From NCBI RefSeq assembly GCF_009914755.1, contig NC_060941.1: DNA of 64,000 bases; one strand, given 5' to 3'. Positions 41,906 through 57,272 of this stretch are shown one piece after another. The notes under the pieces are model-generated. The model worked only from the letters and a program-made list of their open reading frames with translations. It was not told the origin of the DNA and did no database searches. Source of the DNA: the human T2T-CHM13v2.0 reference genome, Homo sapiens. Within the stretch, counting starts at the first letter, position 1. Each line of letters opens with the position of its first letter. Made by a program: the position numbers and the translations under genes.

Positions 41906-42815
41906 AAAGTAACAATAATATTTAGCCATATGCTCAGCTCTAAAATATTTACTCTAGGAGAGGGTGACCCCCAGAAGCATATAACCTAATTGGGCTGTGC
42001 TTCCCCATTTGGGAGATAATCAAGGGAGAGGGGTGCAGGGAGCCGTCACTGGCATCTAGCCCCACTTGTTCCTCCTGCCCCTAGCAGGGTTCAGGGCTGC
42101 TTCATGTGGTCTACAGGCCAAATGGATCTTCAGCAACAGCCTCCAAAGCCAAACTCCATGCCTCCATCTGGTGGCCTTGGTCTCAGTAGCTGATACTCTC
42201 CTAGTCCCCACTTGAAGAGGGCTTGCCACAGCCCTGGGCTTCTTCACTGCCACGTGCGCAGTGCTCCCTCCGATTTCACTGGGATCGGCCCATTGATTCC
42301 TGTAGGCGCTGGCTTCTCCTGACATGACTCCGTGTCATTCACTGACAGAAGAAGGCCGTCTCCTGACCAGTTATAATTCTTTTATCAGAATCCAGCAGAA
42401 AGGGGTCTTGCTCTTACAGTGTATTATAACACCCTTGTTATTTAAAATCTTTTCCATGGCCAGGCACAGTGGCTCATACCTGTAAGCCTAAACTTGAACA
42501 ACCTAAACATGGACTATTACTTTAAGGGGTCAAATTGGAGGGATCGCTTGACAGGAGTTCGAGATCAACCTGGGCAACATAGCAAGACCTTGTTTCTACA
42601 AAAAAATATATTTTTTCCATGATTTTTTGCTTTCTTTCAGTCCCTGACCCAAAGATTTCCAAAAATATGTTCTCTTGGAATTGAGTCAAGGAACAATTTT
42701 AGTGTTACATCTCAATGTTTCTTCCAAAATTTCCCCTCCTTCAACTAGTGCCCAAAGACTGACTGACTAAAGAATCTTGTTTCTCTCTTCCCAAAATATG
42801 CGTTCCCAGATCATT

Positions 42816-43850
42816 GTGTATAGTGAATGGTCTCTAAAGATGACCACCATCAATGCCTCCCCTCATTTTATAACCATGCCACTCTTTCCATCAAGAGACA
42901 GACTCTATTTCCTCTCTCCTTGAATCTGGGCTAGTTCTGTGACCTGTTTTAACCAATAGAATGAGACAGAAGTTCCTCTCCATTCCTAGCCCTTATGAGA
43001 ATGATAGAGGCAGGAGGCAGAAAAATGCCTAGGCAGATAGGATGGGTCTCCGGGGAAACCCAACCTTCAAGAAGGAAACAGTCCCAGTAAATCCTCAAAC
43101 CGGATTGGGAACTGGCTTTCCCATTTGGCACACTTTCCTCTGATTGATCCCCATCCTTCACCTATTTACACATACCCACCCTTTCCTAATTGGTTTTCTA
43201 CACTATCGTGCCCACCTTTGAGTGGTGTTTTTGCTTTAACCTTTTTTGCACACTCACAAACCAATCAGCATGTACTCCCTATTCTGAGGCCATAAAAAGC
43301 CCCAGGCTCAGCCATATTGGGAACCCTCCTGCCTTCAGGTAGGGGAACCACCCCAGTGTCCCCTCCCTGCTAAAAGCTGTTTCATCACTCAGTAAAACTT
43401 CCCACCTTGCTCACTCTTCTTGTATCTGCATGCCTACTTCTTCCTGGTCATGAGACAAGAACCCAGACCTAGCTGAGCTAAGGAGCTGAAACTCCTGCAA
43501 CAAGGATGTGAAAAGGCCTAGGTTCTCATGCTCTCTAATGAAGCCAACCACCATACTGTAAGGAAACTTGGGCTAGACTTCTGAATGAGAAACCATGTGG
43601 AGAGAAAGAGGCCACACAGAGGAAGATCAAGGTGCCAGACATGTGAGTGAAGCCTTCCTGAACCTTCCAGCACAGCACAGCCACCATCCGTCTGCAGCAG
43701 ATCAGTGACTCAGCTGTCACTACATGGAAGAAAGAGCCAATCCAGTCAAGCCCTGGATTCATGTCCCCCAGAATCATGAGAAACAATAAGTCATTGATAT
43801 TTTATGCCACTAAATTTTGAGGTAACTTGTTACCCAGCAATAGATAACAG
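42816..43850 (+). mobile_element. MLT1 (MaLR) LTR interrupted by an ERV1 solo LTR (43002-43502, LTR9/MER61-related, tentative)
   Basis: MLT end ttacccagcaatagataac; inner tgatagaggcaggaggcag...ctgcaaca flanked by agaa/agga. Confidence 0.7.
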
Positions 43851-44212
43851 GAACCCTGGGAGACAAACCTCCAAGTGTTCAAGAAGCAGCTGTTGCCCTT
43901 GCTCCAGCATCTCAGCCCAGGGCCAACTATGTTTCAACTTGCCTCCGCGGCTCCCAGAAAACTTTAAGAATTTTCATGCAAATAGAATCCCTGAAAACTT
44001 CTCTCACATGCCCTGACATGCCAGCCCCCACATGTGACATAAAGATGTGACTCCTTTTTTCTCCCCTCAGATTTCTTTTCTCAATTGTGATGGAGATTTT
44101 AGGAAGATGTCAAAATGAGTTGGTTCTTCCTAATCAATGAAATAATGCACAAGGGGCAGTGGTCAGTCTGCAAGCCCAAACTGGCCCCAGACAACTGCCA
44201 GGGTAGGGAGAC

Positions 44213-44951
44213 TAAGAGCAGGGACCCCTCTTAGGGACCTGCAGGGATCCCCCAAGCGTGGAAATAGAGGAAAATCTTGAGTTCCTTCAAGGGAAATTCC
44301 AGGCAAGTAGCTAGCCCTGCAAAGTAAATGAGCATCTGGATAAGCCAGAAGGTGATAGTAGCTTAAAACAGTAGTGAAGGAAGTGAGAATCATGGGATGT
44401 TTGGTCCCCCTATAGAAACTAAAGATCACATCTTAACACATGTCCCTGTGTTGTTTGGCAGAAACCTGGACCTCCACCAAATGGATCCACTGGCTCAAAG
44501 ACGTCAGATAGGGAGGACTAAGGACCAAACTCTGACCACTGTTCTTCATCATTCTAAATTTCTTCCTGAGGGGCCTGGCAGAGGTCACGCCCCTGGGCCA
44601 GAACTAATATTCTGCTAATCCCAAAGTTTTAGACAAAACTTTGCCTCTTTAACCAATTGCAAATCAGAAAACCTTTGAATCCATCTGTGACTCCTGGCTA
44701 CCCCCTCCCTCCTGCTTTGAGATGGCCCTCCTTTTTAGGTCAAACTCATGTATGGCCCCCATGCACTGATTTATGACGTTGCCTGTAACCTCTGCCTTCT
44801 CACCTTTAAAAACCCTTGTCTGTAAGCCATGGAGGAGTTCAGGTATTAAGCATGAGCTGCCCCATTCTCCTTGCTTGGCACTCTGCAATCTTGATGCCAA
44901 GGTTGGACTTTATTGCACCAGGTGAGTGGATCCCAGTTTGGTCCAATAACA
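44213..44951 (+). mobile_element. Solo LTR of the same family as the 8502/21469 LTRs
   Basis: gagcagggacccctcttaggg...caataaca; TSD AGAC at 44209-44212 and 44952-44955. Confidence 0.88.
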
Positions 44952-45716
44952 AGACCATGTGCAGTTAACAAGCATGGCAGTTACATTTTATTGACCCGTG
45001 GCTGAGTGCCAGGCACTAGCTAAGCACATTATAGATATCATCTTATTGGGTTCTCACAACTTCCCTGAGAGACAGCTATCCTAACATTGAGTTAACAATG
45101 AGTTAACATTTGTCTTAACTCATTTTCTGGTTTGTGGGAATCATATATGAGCCAGAGGGAGACACCTCCGTCTAGTCCAGTCCTTCAGCCAAAAAAGATG
45201 CCCAGGAAAATTTTGTCTTTTAACCCTGTGCTTCCCAACCTGTTTCATGCCCTGGCACACATAAAAAGTGACAATAAATTTGGGGTACACTGAGACAAGG
45301 GGTTGAGGTGGAGGTTCCCAGTTGGAAAAATCCATTAAGCTGCTTATAATCCAAAATGCATTTTCCTAAATCCTTTTAAATCTCTTAGACCTCTGAGAGG
45401 GGGTGAGAATAAAAAAAATTTTTTTAACGTAATTTAGTGGAGATAGGCTATTGTCTCTTAGCACCTTAGGAAGAGCAGACTTCAACCTCCAGAAAGGGCC
45501 CAACCCAGGCCATGTTCATTCTTGAGATGCAACCTTGGACAAGTGACTTGGCCTCTCTTGGCTTGTTTCTCTCTGCAGAGGTGAGAACTCCCCCATAGGA
45601 TTATAAAGGCAGGAGATGAAGATGGCATCGGGATTGGTCCTCGGGCCAAGTAGAAAAACTCAACCTCAGATACCCCTGGAGACAAAGACAATTGTTTCTT
45701 TCAATAGAAACTACTC

Positions 45717-46030
<314 letters not shown>

Positions 46031-46139
46031 AATAAACTGGTCAAGGAGGAGGGAATTTTCTAGACATTAATGACGGTTTGGGTGGTACCTTCCAGATGCA
46101 TTGGAATTTATTTGGTTTTCTCCTGATATTTGCTTTCTT

Positions 46140-47010
46140 TTGCTTTTTAGCCATTTTATTGAGATATAATTCACATACCATCCAATTCACCCATTTGAAG
46201 TGCACAATTCACAGATTTTTAGTACAGTCACAGAGTTGTGCAACCACCACAACAATCTAATTTTAAAATGCTTTTATCACTCAAAGAGAAAAAAACCCCA
46301 TCGCTATTAGCAGTCATTCTCATTCCTCCCCACCCCTACCCCCAGCCGTCCCTAGCCCTTGGCTAATCTACTTTCTTTCTCCATAGATTTGCCTGTTATG
46401 GACATCTCATACAAATGGAATCATGCACTACATCTTTTGTCTTTTGTAACTGGCTTCTTTCACTTAGCATGATGTTTTTGAGGTTCACTCATGTTGCAGC
46501 ACACGTAATACTTCATTTCTTTCTCTTGCCAAACAATATTCCATTGTGTGGCTACACTACATTTTATTTATCCATTCTTTAGTGGAAGGACATTTGTACT
46601 GTTTCCTTTTTTGGTTTTTATGAATAAATCTATAAACTTTTGTGTAAAAGATTTTTGTGTGAACATGTTTTCATTTTCCTTGGGTATATACGTAGGAACA
46701 GACTTGCTAGGTTAATTAGTAACTCTATATTTAACATTTTAAGGAACTGCCAAACTATTTTCCAAAGTGGCCACACCACTTTACATTCCAACCAACAGTG
46801 GATGAGGGTTCCAGTTTCTCCACATCCTCACCAACACTTGTTATTATTTCTTTTTTATTATAGCCATTCTACTGGGTGTGAAGTGGTAACACATTGTGGT
46901 TTTGGTTTGTGTTTCCCTGATGGCTGAGAAGCATCTCTTCTGTGCATATTGGCCACTTGTATATCCTCTTTGGTGAAATGCCCGTTCAGGTCCTTTGCCT
47001 ATTTTGGCAT
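46140..47010 (-). mobile_element. L1M 3' end
   Basis: ttttattgagatataattcacatacc... antisense L1 tail. Confidence 0.85.
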
Positions 47011-47203
47011 TTGGTTTCCATGGCGTGTTTGCCCTTTTAATGGGAGTGTTAAGCTGGGAAGGTGGATAGTGCTTGATTAATGCTTGAGTTAACACGAGTG
47101 GATGAGAAGGGCTCCCTACATTTGGAGAAGCTTTTGTTTGGCTATGAAGGCCTGGGGTGTTTTCCGTGTTCCCTGTGCTCTCCCTCTGTTCGCTTTTAAG
47201 CCA

Positions 47204-47251
47204 GGGTTCTGACCCAGGTTGTGTTCTGACCCAGGTTGTGTTCTGACCCAG
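47204..47251. repeat. 18-bp tandem repeat (gttctgacccaggttgt-type), ~2.7 copies
   Basis: Direct. Confidence 0.85.
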
Positions 47252-47538
47252 CTAAGTATGCAAGGGAAAAAAATAGGGGCTTGTGCCAGAGATAGCATGA
47301 AGTCAACACTGCAGCAAAGATGAAGACAAGGATAGGATGTTTGTTTACCTCCAGGCCTGGAGGCTAAGGCTGGATTGGCAAGTTGCCCTCTTGGACAATT
47401 CCTCTTACCTTCTCTTACTCAAGAACTTTAAAGATTAGTCATGTTAATAGAAAGATGATGGTATCAGAAAAACATGCCAAGGAATTCACAGTTTCTCAGC
47501 CAGACTTGTTAGCAACAAAAGTTATAGGTAGTGGTGTA

Positions 47539-47540
<2 letters not shown>

Positions 47541-47578
<38 letters not shown>
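47541..47578. repeat. (TG)n microsatellite
   Basis: Direct. Confidence 0.98.
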
Positions 47579-47580
<2 letters not shown>

Positions 47581-48073
47581 CTCACGTCTATAAATAGGAA
47601 ACAACTTTTAGAAAAATAATACTTTAAAAGTTGAGACATGAAAGAAACTTCTGGATTACTGTGTGTAATCATAGCCGCCTAAAACTGATGGGGCCACCCA
47701 TTTCCAGAAGCCATACAGATCAATAAAAGAGCAAATTAAACCATTCATAACCCAGTCCAGATGGAGATATAGATGGGATTCTCCATAAATAGGAGGTGTT
47801 CAATGTTTGTTGAATTAAAGAATGAATGGGTAAATGAATGAATGGCACACTGCAGAGGAAATGGGCACGCCCTACCTTTGGGGCCCAACTGCAACCCATA
47901 CAGAGCCCTAGCACTTCTCACACTGCATAGTGTGTACGGGATTAAAGGTCTGTCTACCACTGGACAGTAAGTTCCGGAGGCAAGCACTGTGACGTATTCA
48001 TTCAACAAATGCTTGTGAAGCTCATGCTATGTGCCAGACACTGTGCTGGGTGCTGGCAGGACGAGAGTGGTGA

Positions 48074-48490
<417 letters not shown>

Positions 48491-50308
48491 TGCTCACCAG
48501 ATCTTTAAAGGAAATATTTGAAGCTGTTCCACTGAAAAACATTTTTTCATTTCTTCGGAGAGGCTCAAAAGCAATCTTGCAGCCTCTGAGCAGTTCATTA
48601 GCAGATTCCTTTAACCAGCTCCAACCCTGTACCCTGCTTCTGATTCGTTGTTGAAACCATGTGCCTTTCTGGGGTGACCTTGTGCCTGCCTGCTCCACAC
48701 GGTGCTCTTCACCCTGTAAGGCACTGTTCTAAAGCCTCTCAGCATCTCGAACTTCAGTCACCCACCCCAAGTTAACAAGTTTACTCCCTCAGGGCAAATC
48801 GGCCACAGCTATGGTTCCCCATCATCGCACAAAGGGTGCCTGTTTTGTTTGATTTGGATGCTCAAGTTAATCCCCACCCACTAGGGAGGCAAAATGGACA
48901 GGTTCATTTCAAGAGGATGGGAGGAAGGTTGGATTTCAGCACTTGGTAACTTTTACTTTGGGGGAAATCCTCTCTCTGCATCAAGACAAACTTCCTGGAG
49001 GAAGTGCCTGCCAACTGTGCAGTGAGGGCAAGTGTTCCCTCCTCCAAAGCAGCTCCCAACCATCGGCGGTAAGACTTAGCCAAGAAATACTCACCATCTC
49101 CCAGCCTTTCTCATTACTAGAAAGCAGTGAGAAACAAACAAATGAAAGACAGACATCACAGTTTGCCTGCGATCATCATTCTTTCCATTCAGCCAGCACT
49201 TAAGAGCTCACAGCCTGGGCAGCAGACACACAACTGGCCTGGAGGGTTCTGCAACGACTAATACCTGGTTCCTGGCTTCAACGGCTTCACTCTTTGGTGG
49301 AGGAGACAACTACATAAAGAGTTGATTACAAAATCGCCCCTTTGGAGAAGGTCCAAACTCCTTAGCAAGGCCTGCAGGGCTCTGCACGATTTGGTTCCCG
49401 TGGTGTATTCAAGCCTCATCCCCTCCACCTCCACCCCTATTTTCTCCACCCACCATGATGTCTCAACCACACCAAGCAGCATGTGAGTCCCTGAACAAGT
49501 GGTGCTCCTTGGCCTGAAATGCCCCTCCCCCAAGCTAGCAAAGATGCCTCTGTCCCCTTCTCTGACAGAGGTTTCCTCTCTGCAGCAGATCCCAACTGGA
49601 AAAAGGGAGATGCCTGAACCTTAATTCAAGTTTTGAAATTTTATTTTCCTGAGACTGGACATTTCACTTCATGCATTGAAACTGTTTTGTGACTTCAAAG
49701 TAGCCATAGCTTTGGGTTTTTAAAATTTAAGTCCAGCCAGAAATTTTTGAGGCTTTGTCTCAGTTTTCATCCAGGGACAGGGAGAACAGGAACCTCCAGA
49801 AAAAAAAAATACAAAGGAATTGTGAGAGAAAAAGATAAATCTATGTTATGATCACATCCTACGAGCCACAGTTGCTCAACCTCCAGGCAACCCACGTCTG
49901 TCTTTCCCTTAGACTGTGAGTCCCTTCCTGCGTGGAGGGAAGACTGTGCAGTAAATGGTCAATGAAGATGGGGTGGGCACAGGGGCGAGAAATGGAACTG
50001 CGTAGGGCGGGACAGGCTCTGCCCCAGGAAGCATGTGCTGGTGTAGGACTCAAGGCTAGCACTGCCCCAGGAGTCAGCCTCAGATATGCAGGGTCTTGCA
50101 AAGAAGGCCCTTGAGGGTTTTAACATCTGTCTTTTGCTACACAGATAAACCCAGAAACTTTATAATGCAAATGCACCCCAGAAAGGCAATGTGAGTCCAA
50201 AGGAGTATCTAAGTGTGGGCAACACGTGTCAAATCCTTTCCTGCTGACATTTTGCTTGTACAGTGGACACCAGGGAGAGCCGCAAGGACCCACCTAAAGA
50301 GAAGCATC

Positions 50309-50628
<320 letters not shown>

Positions 50629-51709
50629 AAGGAGAGAAGTGTCATCACCAGGTAAACCAAAGACAAGAGATGGAGGCCACATGGCTGACAGCCCATCTGT
50701 GTGCACTGCCGTAATCTCACCAGCCCATGGGATGTGCAACCTGTAGCAGTGAGAAAAGTGAGCCTGACAGGTTAACAAATCTGCCCCAAATCACACCACC
50801 ACTAAGTGACAGACTGGGATTCAAATTCAGGTGTCTGTATCTCCAGAGCCCCCTCCAGCAGGCCACACTGGCTGACTCTGGGTGAGACCTTCATCTCCTT
50901 CTTCCATTTGCTTGGAGGCTACTCTGTAAACCTTCAACTCTATGCATTTGAGAATTGAGAGGAGAAATGAAGGACCCATACGCATGGTCCACGCAGGGCT
51001 TGGAGTAGTGGAAGTCAGAGGGCAGGGTGGAAGGCAAGGCTGCTGCTGAGGATGGGAGGCTCTCCCAGGCTTCAACAGTGCCCCTGTGTGCACAGTGCTG
51101 TGTGCATCCTGCCTCCCCTACCGTGGGCCCCTGCATGACCGGGCTCACTACCCTCTGTGGCAGCACAGGGGCTGGGGGAGAGCAGCCAACACACTGTTCA
51201 CCCACCCCACCCCTTGCTGGCTCCCTCACAGGCCAGCCACATGCTGGAGCTAGGCAACCACTGTCTGACATGTGGCAAGTCAGCACAGCTGGACCAAGCA
51301 CCTACCTAGGAACTAAAGGTCATAGAACCACTCCAGGAGCTGGTCAAGAGCAAACGACACTAACTCTATCCTGAACCCTTGTCAGCCTTCAATCATTTCT
51401 CTCCTGTTGGGGAAACATCTGGGATACAGCTGCCCCCACTCCTATGATCACAATACAGCCCTGCCACCTGAGGAGGGGCCCCCAGCTCAACGGCAGGGGT
51501 GCAGACAGGGGCCTGGCTCAGCTTTGGCCCTAGCCTGAAACCCCTCAGCTTGCCCATACCCTGGTGGGGCAGATCTGACCTCATCAACTGTTGTCTAGCA
51601 GTGGGGCCAATCCCAGTCACCTTCTCTGAAGAATGACCCCTCCTGGGCAGCTTTGTCTGACTTGACTCTAGGTTCTCAACAGTAGATGACACTCAGGAAG
51701 GAGACAACG

Positions 51710-52870
51710 TATGCTTAGGGAACGTATGGTTTATCAGTTGAGAAGACACACGAGCTTCCACAAATTGATATATTTACTTCATTGCCAGCGGAGTACACTC
51801 GCATACATAGATATCTCTGAGTCACTTTAAGTCACATAACTGCAAGGATACAAACAAACACTAGTTCATCCCTGTGGCTGAGTGCCCTTGGGGAATACTC
51901 AGATCCCAGTGGGGCTTCTCTCTGCATCTTCTGGCCACTCTGGCCGTTCTCCCTGAGCCCACCCACCTTCTCCCCCTCCCTTCCATTCTTCCACGATGGT
52001 AGCAAAGCAGGGAAGTGCCAGTGGAAAGAGACTGCAGGTGCACAGAGGCTTGGACAGGCCAGAGTCCATGGCAGCTGCTTTGGCGTCTCTCCTTGGTTCA
52101 TGTGGTGGGCACTTCACCACTTCAAGGACACTGTCAACTCCCTGAAGGCAAGGCCCAGGGCTTTGACTTCCCTAGGCATGGAGAGACAGTAGTCAGGAAA
52201 AGCAGCTCCTTGGCAGACTGCTGGGTGTGTGACAACTGTGAGGGCTCAGGGGCTACAAGCAGGGACAGGGCAAGCTCGCAAACAAAAAACTGAGACCCGA
52301 TGCGGTGCATGCGGGGAGCAGAGCTGTGCAGGGCGCTGCAGGAGCAGAGGAGGGGGCGGGGCAGGACGGCTTCCTTGAAGGGAGCCCTTCAGGCACTGTC
52401 ATGTGCCACATCCTGTGTGAGGCACTTCACCTTCATCTTATTGCATCTGGGATTCAAATCCAGATCTGTCTGGTTCTAAAACCCACGTGCTTTCTTCTGT
52501 ACAGGTTGCTACCTGAGGGGACATCTGCTCTGGGACTCAGAGAATGATAAAGAGATCTCCAGAATAAATGAATCACTTTCAGAGAAAAGTAAAAGAACAA
52601 AAACACAAAAATAAAAAACACACAAAAGAAGCAAAAAAATACTACATTCTCCCCAAATTTCACATCGTAAGTGGCTGGAAGTGCAAACATAAAGGATGCT
52701 AGCAACATGGCCGCGGCAAGAGGAGCCTCTGGAGCAAGGTCAGCTTCTCCCCTGATTTCTGGCTTTCAGCCAACAAGGCCAATGGATCTTCCAAACCAGC
52801 TGCTGCTGCTGAGCTCCAGAAGAGGGGCCTCTCAACTTCCAGAGGCCAGGAAGGCTCACCCTCGGAGCTC
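51710..52870 (-). other. LYRM9: Probable LYRM9 3'UTR, end approximate
   Basis: Follows the stop codon; candidate non-canonical poly(A) signals AGTAAA (51773-51778) and GATAAA (51730-51735) with upstream TGTA motifs on the minus strand. Confidence 0.5.
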
Positions 52871-52888
52871 TCAGTTTTGTTTTTTATA
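52871..52888 (-). CDS. LYRM9: LYRM9 last coding exon (YKKQN*); total protein 42+31+5=78 aa
   Basis: acceptor TCTGTCTTGCAG|TATAAAAAACAAAACTGA. Confidence 0.9.
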   Translation of the reverse strand, partial: YKKQN

Positions 52889-53632
52889 CTGCAAGACAGA
52901 GAGATTCGAAGTGGAGGAGGGAAGCCAACAGGGGCAGGAGGACTCTGGAGAAATCTCAGGCCTCCATCATCTGGACCTCACCTGCCTCCTGCAGGGGCTT
53001 CTTGGAGGTGGTGAAACCCAAGCAGGAGGCACTGGGCAGCCAAATCTCTAGTTCATGCCTGGACTCCCTTTCTTCTTTAGTGAAAAAGGAAGCTGACAGG
53101 GCTGGGGAGGGAGGATAGTGATAACTCACTCTGGAGAGTGAGTTAGAAGGACAGGGAGGTATGGTCACACTCCAACTCTCTAGGTCCTTCTAATACCAGC
53201 ATCTAAGGGCCAAGACGCCAGTCTACATTCCTGACTCACTCCCTTCCTCCACCAAAACATACTGAATCTTTCCTCCATAATTCTGCCCCAGTGTGAATAC
53301 CCCCCAGAGACAGGGAGTCCCCCGCCAGGACAGCTTCCCTCTCTGCGGCATCACAGTGCCACCGCCGGCTCTGGCACTATAGCTTTCCCTCCTTCTTCCT
53401 GCTGCCCCCTCTCAGCTCGATCAGCACTGTTGGGCAGAAATTTGCCTTTAAGGATGAAGAGTGAGAGCCCCTCCCCACTTGCAGAATATAAATGCAACCA
53501 GAAGGGATTTGTCTTCACCTTTCAGCTTCTGGAGGAGGGAAGCAGCTGGCTGGTGGCCTCCTCCACAGGGACCATTCTCAACTGTGGGGCAGGAGTGGCC
53601 TCTAGTGGTCATGGGGATCACAGCCATCATCA

Positions 53633-53860
<228 letters not shown>

Positions 53861-54358
53861 TTATACCCAGCAGCTCTCTTCATCCTCCATAGACTGTTAT
53901 GATTATCCCACACAGAGATGAGGAAACAGAGGCTCACTTGCTGCTGAACAATAGCATTTGAATCCTAGTCTATGTGACTGCAAAGCATGTACTCCTGCCA
54001 CCAAGGTAGGTGCAAAAAGACTGGCCCCCAAGTTACTGCCAAATCAAGCTAGGCCCAAAGGCTATCAGGCAGTAGAGTCCAAGGGGAAACTTCCATCTCT
54101 CTTCCTCAGAAGACGCTGCTTTCCCCAGGGTGAGATCTCTGCATAGGCTTTACAGCAGGGAGGAAGAAGTAGGACTTCTCTCGGCCCAGTGCTAGGAGAG
54201 CTACACAGGGAAGGGAGGGGAGGTAGTAGATAGAGTGGCCTCAGGAAATCCACCCAGGCCCAGTGCAGAGCATGGGATACTGTTTGCTTTTGACCAGATA
54301 TTCATCCTTGAGAAGCAACCTAAGATTCAGGTTTTGCTTTTCAAAAAGAACTGGCACC

Positions 54359-54781
<423 letters not shown>

Positions 54782-55212
54782 CTAACTGCTCGTTCTCCAT
54801 GTTTCCACAGCCCTCTGTGGCTACCGCCACCTCTGATTTTTTTTTTTTTTTACTTTCCATATTATATGTGTATGAATTTTAGCTAACTTTCTATTTGGAA
54901 ATGATTTCTCACTTACAGAAAGTTGTGATAATAATACAAAGAATTTCCTACCAGAATCACTGACTGTTAACATTTTGCTACACTCGCTTTATCATTCTCT
55001 TTATATAAGTATGTATAAATTTTTTCAGAAGCATTTAAGAGTAAGTTGCAGACACGCTATCCTTACCCCTAAACATTCCCATGTGTAGTTCCTAATGACA
55101 AGGGCATTCTCTGACATAACCACAGTAATCAAATTCAGAAGACTCAACATTGATACAACTCTATAATCCATAGCCCATATTCCAATTTCATGCACTGCCC
55201 CAGTAATATTCA

Positions 55213-55450
55213 TTTTTTTTTTTGAGGCAGGGTCTCACTCTGTCACCCAGGTGAGAATGCAGTGGCACAATCACAGCTCATTGCAGCCTCGACCTCCGGG
55301 CTCAAGCAATCCTCCCACCTCATTGTTTGATTTTTCTGTAGAGACAAGGTCTTTCTATGTTGCCCAGGTTGGTCTTGAACTCCTGAGCTCAATCTGCCTG
55401 CCTTAGCTTCCCAAAATGCTGGGATTACAGACATGAGCCACCATGCCTGG
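55213..55450 (-). mobile_element. Alu (AluJ-like, internally deleted) within an old L1 fragment
   Basis: Antisense Alu. Confidence 0.85.
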
Positions 55451-55930
55451 TTCCCAATAATATTCTTTACAGCATTTTTTTTCTGGTCTAGGATCATACA
55501 TTACATTTAGTCACCATATCTCTTGAGTTCTCTAATCCAGAACATCAAAAATGTCAGCGTTGTGTTTCACGACACTGACATTTTTGATGAGTACAGGCCT
55601 ATTAGTTATGTGGTAGATGGCCTCTCGATTTGGTTTTACCTGATGTTTTCTCAGGATTAAATTCAAGTTGTGCACTGTTGGCAGGGATGCCTGCCTAAAT
55701 GATGTCGTGTCCCACAGTCTATTTTAATTACCCACTTAGCTGCCTCATGCATGCCCTAGCACAGCTGGTGTGCTGGGTGAGGCACCCTCTGTTTCCTGGA
55801 CAGAGAGGAGCTGGGCTGCCCAGCACTGGTTTCCTGTGGCTCTTCCCACACTGCCACCTCACCACCATCTCAGAGACTAGCTCTGTGCCCTGGCCTTGGC
55901 CTCTGACCTGCGCCCCTAAGCCTGCCATTA

Positions 55931-56152
<222 letters not shown>

Positions 56153-56787
56153 TCAGTACTCAGCCCTGACCCCCAGTTCCCAGTACTCTGGGAAGCAAGC
56201 TTGGTGCAGTGCAGAGGCCCCTCCTGTCCCATCCCATGGAGCCTGCACCTTGGGGTGGGGTGGGCATTCAGTTCAACAGAAGCTCTAGCCCAGAGCAGGC
56301 CCACAAGACCAAAGGTGAGTGTGGAGGGAGACTTACAGCCTCATCCCTGGCGTCTTCTTTCTGGAACTCAACTTCAAGTGGTGCATGAGTAGGTGTCCCT
56401 CACCGGCAGGGTAGGGTAGAAAAGCAGGAAGACCCTGAGGGGCAATCACTAGGAAACCAGCTCTGACATCAGCCATGGTCTGGCGAGGGCACCAAGCCAC
56501 AGAGGGGAGAATGCCTACAGGCCTGAGCCTTGAAATTCAAAGTGTGCTCCTGAACCAGCAAAACCCACAGCATCGGGAGCTCATCACAAATGTAGTCTTG
56601 GGCCCCACCCCAAAGACCCACCAGATCAAACCTGCATTTTAACAAGGATGCCAGGAGATTTGCAGGCACATTTTAAAGTCTGAGAAGCATGAATCTAGGG
56701 GGCTCTGCAGAGAAGTTGCTGGACAGAGTCACCACAGCGTGGGCACGTGATTTCATTTCACTATGAGTTATCATAAAAATCACAATG

Positions 56788-57094
<307 letters not shown>

Positions 57095-57229
57095 CTATTC
57101 ACTTTACATGTGATTAATGCACACATAAGAAAACCGGTCACAGAGAGGTCTGATAACTTGCCCAAGATCACACAGCTAATAAAGCTGGAGCTTGGATTTG
57201 AACTCTGGCAGTCTGGCTCCAGAGCCTTT

Positions 57230-57272
<43 letters not shown>

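Noticed and set aside
57234-57269. Orphan ~36-nt A tract suggesting a processed pseudogene tail
   Set aside because: No mRNA-like body or TSD; sits at a MIR/L1 fragment junction
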